In this document: positions 63,364 through 64,000 of the stretch, one piece after another
How the letters are laid out: the number at the start of each line of letters is the position of its first letter
How positions within the stretch are numbered: position 1 is the stretch's first letter
Made by a program: the position numbers and the translations under genes
Source of the DNA: Paragordius varius
Lineage: Eukaryota; Animalia; Nematomorpha
Reading direction: 5' to 3'
Assembly: GCA_964247055.1 (NCBI GenBank)
Contig: OZ176051.1
Coordinates: 12,834,001 to 12,898,000, forward strand
Length of the DNA: 64,000 bases
The notes under the pieces: model-generated
Seen by the model: only the letters and a program-made list of their open reading frames with translations
Databases searched by the model: none
Told to the model about the DNA's origin: nothing

Positions 63364-64000
63364 GCTATATGCCATAAAAGAGTAGTTATTCCTGAAAATT
63401 GCAATTCTCTACATACAAATTAACACTTCATTTTTTATTTTTTATACTTGATTACCTTTTGGAGTAGTTTTCTTCCCTTAAAACAGTAAACAAACAAGTA
63501 TTCTGAAAGTTTTTTGGTAATTGGTTTATTAAACCGTTTTTTTCTGTATTAGATAATAAAACTTATAATACAATTTATAACTTCTAAATTCCGTAATTCA
63601 GATTCACACAATTAAAACCAACAGCTGATACTAAAATCTATAAATATTAAATGGGCTGGTGGAATTTAAGCTTTCCATTATTTATTGATAATTTACAACC
63701 ATAAATACATGTATTTTGTCTGTTGTATTCACGATATCAAAAATTAACGAAACTGGCGGCGAAAAGTTTGAGATGAGGATTTTTTACACTTTTACTTTAA
63801 AAAAATTATATATGCGCCTTAAAAGCTAAAGAAAGCACATTTTTATATTTGGCCTAATGTATCTTTTAAATTTTAATTCGCCCTGGAATAAACTACCCCA
63901 AAAGGTCATGAAATGTTGTATCAAATATTGATTCATAAAACGGAAAGTTTTTTTGTATTTCAATTTGTTTGAAATGAAGACCATTTTTATGTTAGGTTGA

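Noticed and set aside
1-64000. rRNA, tRNA, CRISPR or phage/defence systems
   Set aside because: No cloverleaf, rRNA-like GC-rich conserved tract, regularly spaced repeat array or prokaryotic gene organisation was seen on either strand.

Overview
Very AT-rich eukaryotic (animal-like) genomic DNA with spliceosomal introns, dominated by decayed transposons. No rRNA, tRNA, CRISPR or prokaryotic operon structure was found. Host genes recoverable by manual splicing: (i) two near-identical tandem paralogs of a 4-exon gene for an orphan 130-aa secreted protein (21286-21972 and 26440-27117) inside a ~5.2-kb-period segmental duplication; (ii) a 5-exon (possibly longer) gene for an orphan secreted ~405-aa protein (41067-39234, minus); (iii) a single-exon 182-aa putative membrane protein (14519-15067); (iv) two broken, same-orientation copies of a metazoan-type chitin synthase gene (~33150-35965 and ~50929-53690, minus). 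The chitin synthase copies are not visible in the ORF track; they carry mostly different lesions and share a 25/22-nt GT-AG micro-intron. Mobile DNA: four RTE(BovB-like) LINE fragments, a CR1/L2-like fragment, two mariner remnants, a Ty3/Gypsy pol remnant with 3' LTR, a Charlie/SPIN-type hAT remnant and many hAT-type MITEs. A Chapaev3-type (CMC) element with ~520-bp TIRs (57388-62081) is nested in one arm of a related ~1.2-kb foldback element (57200-63088). All family assignments come from motif recognition by eye, identity figures are by-eye estimates, and no database search was run.
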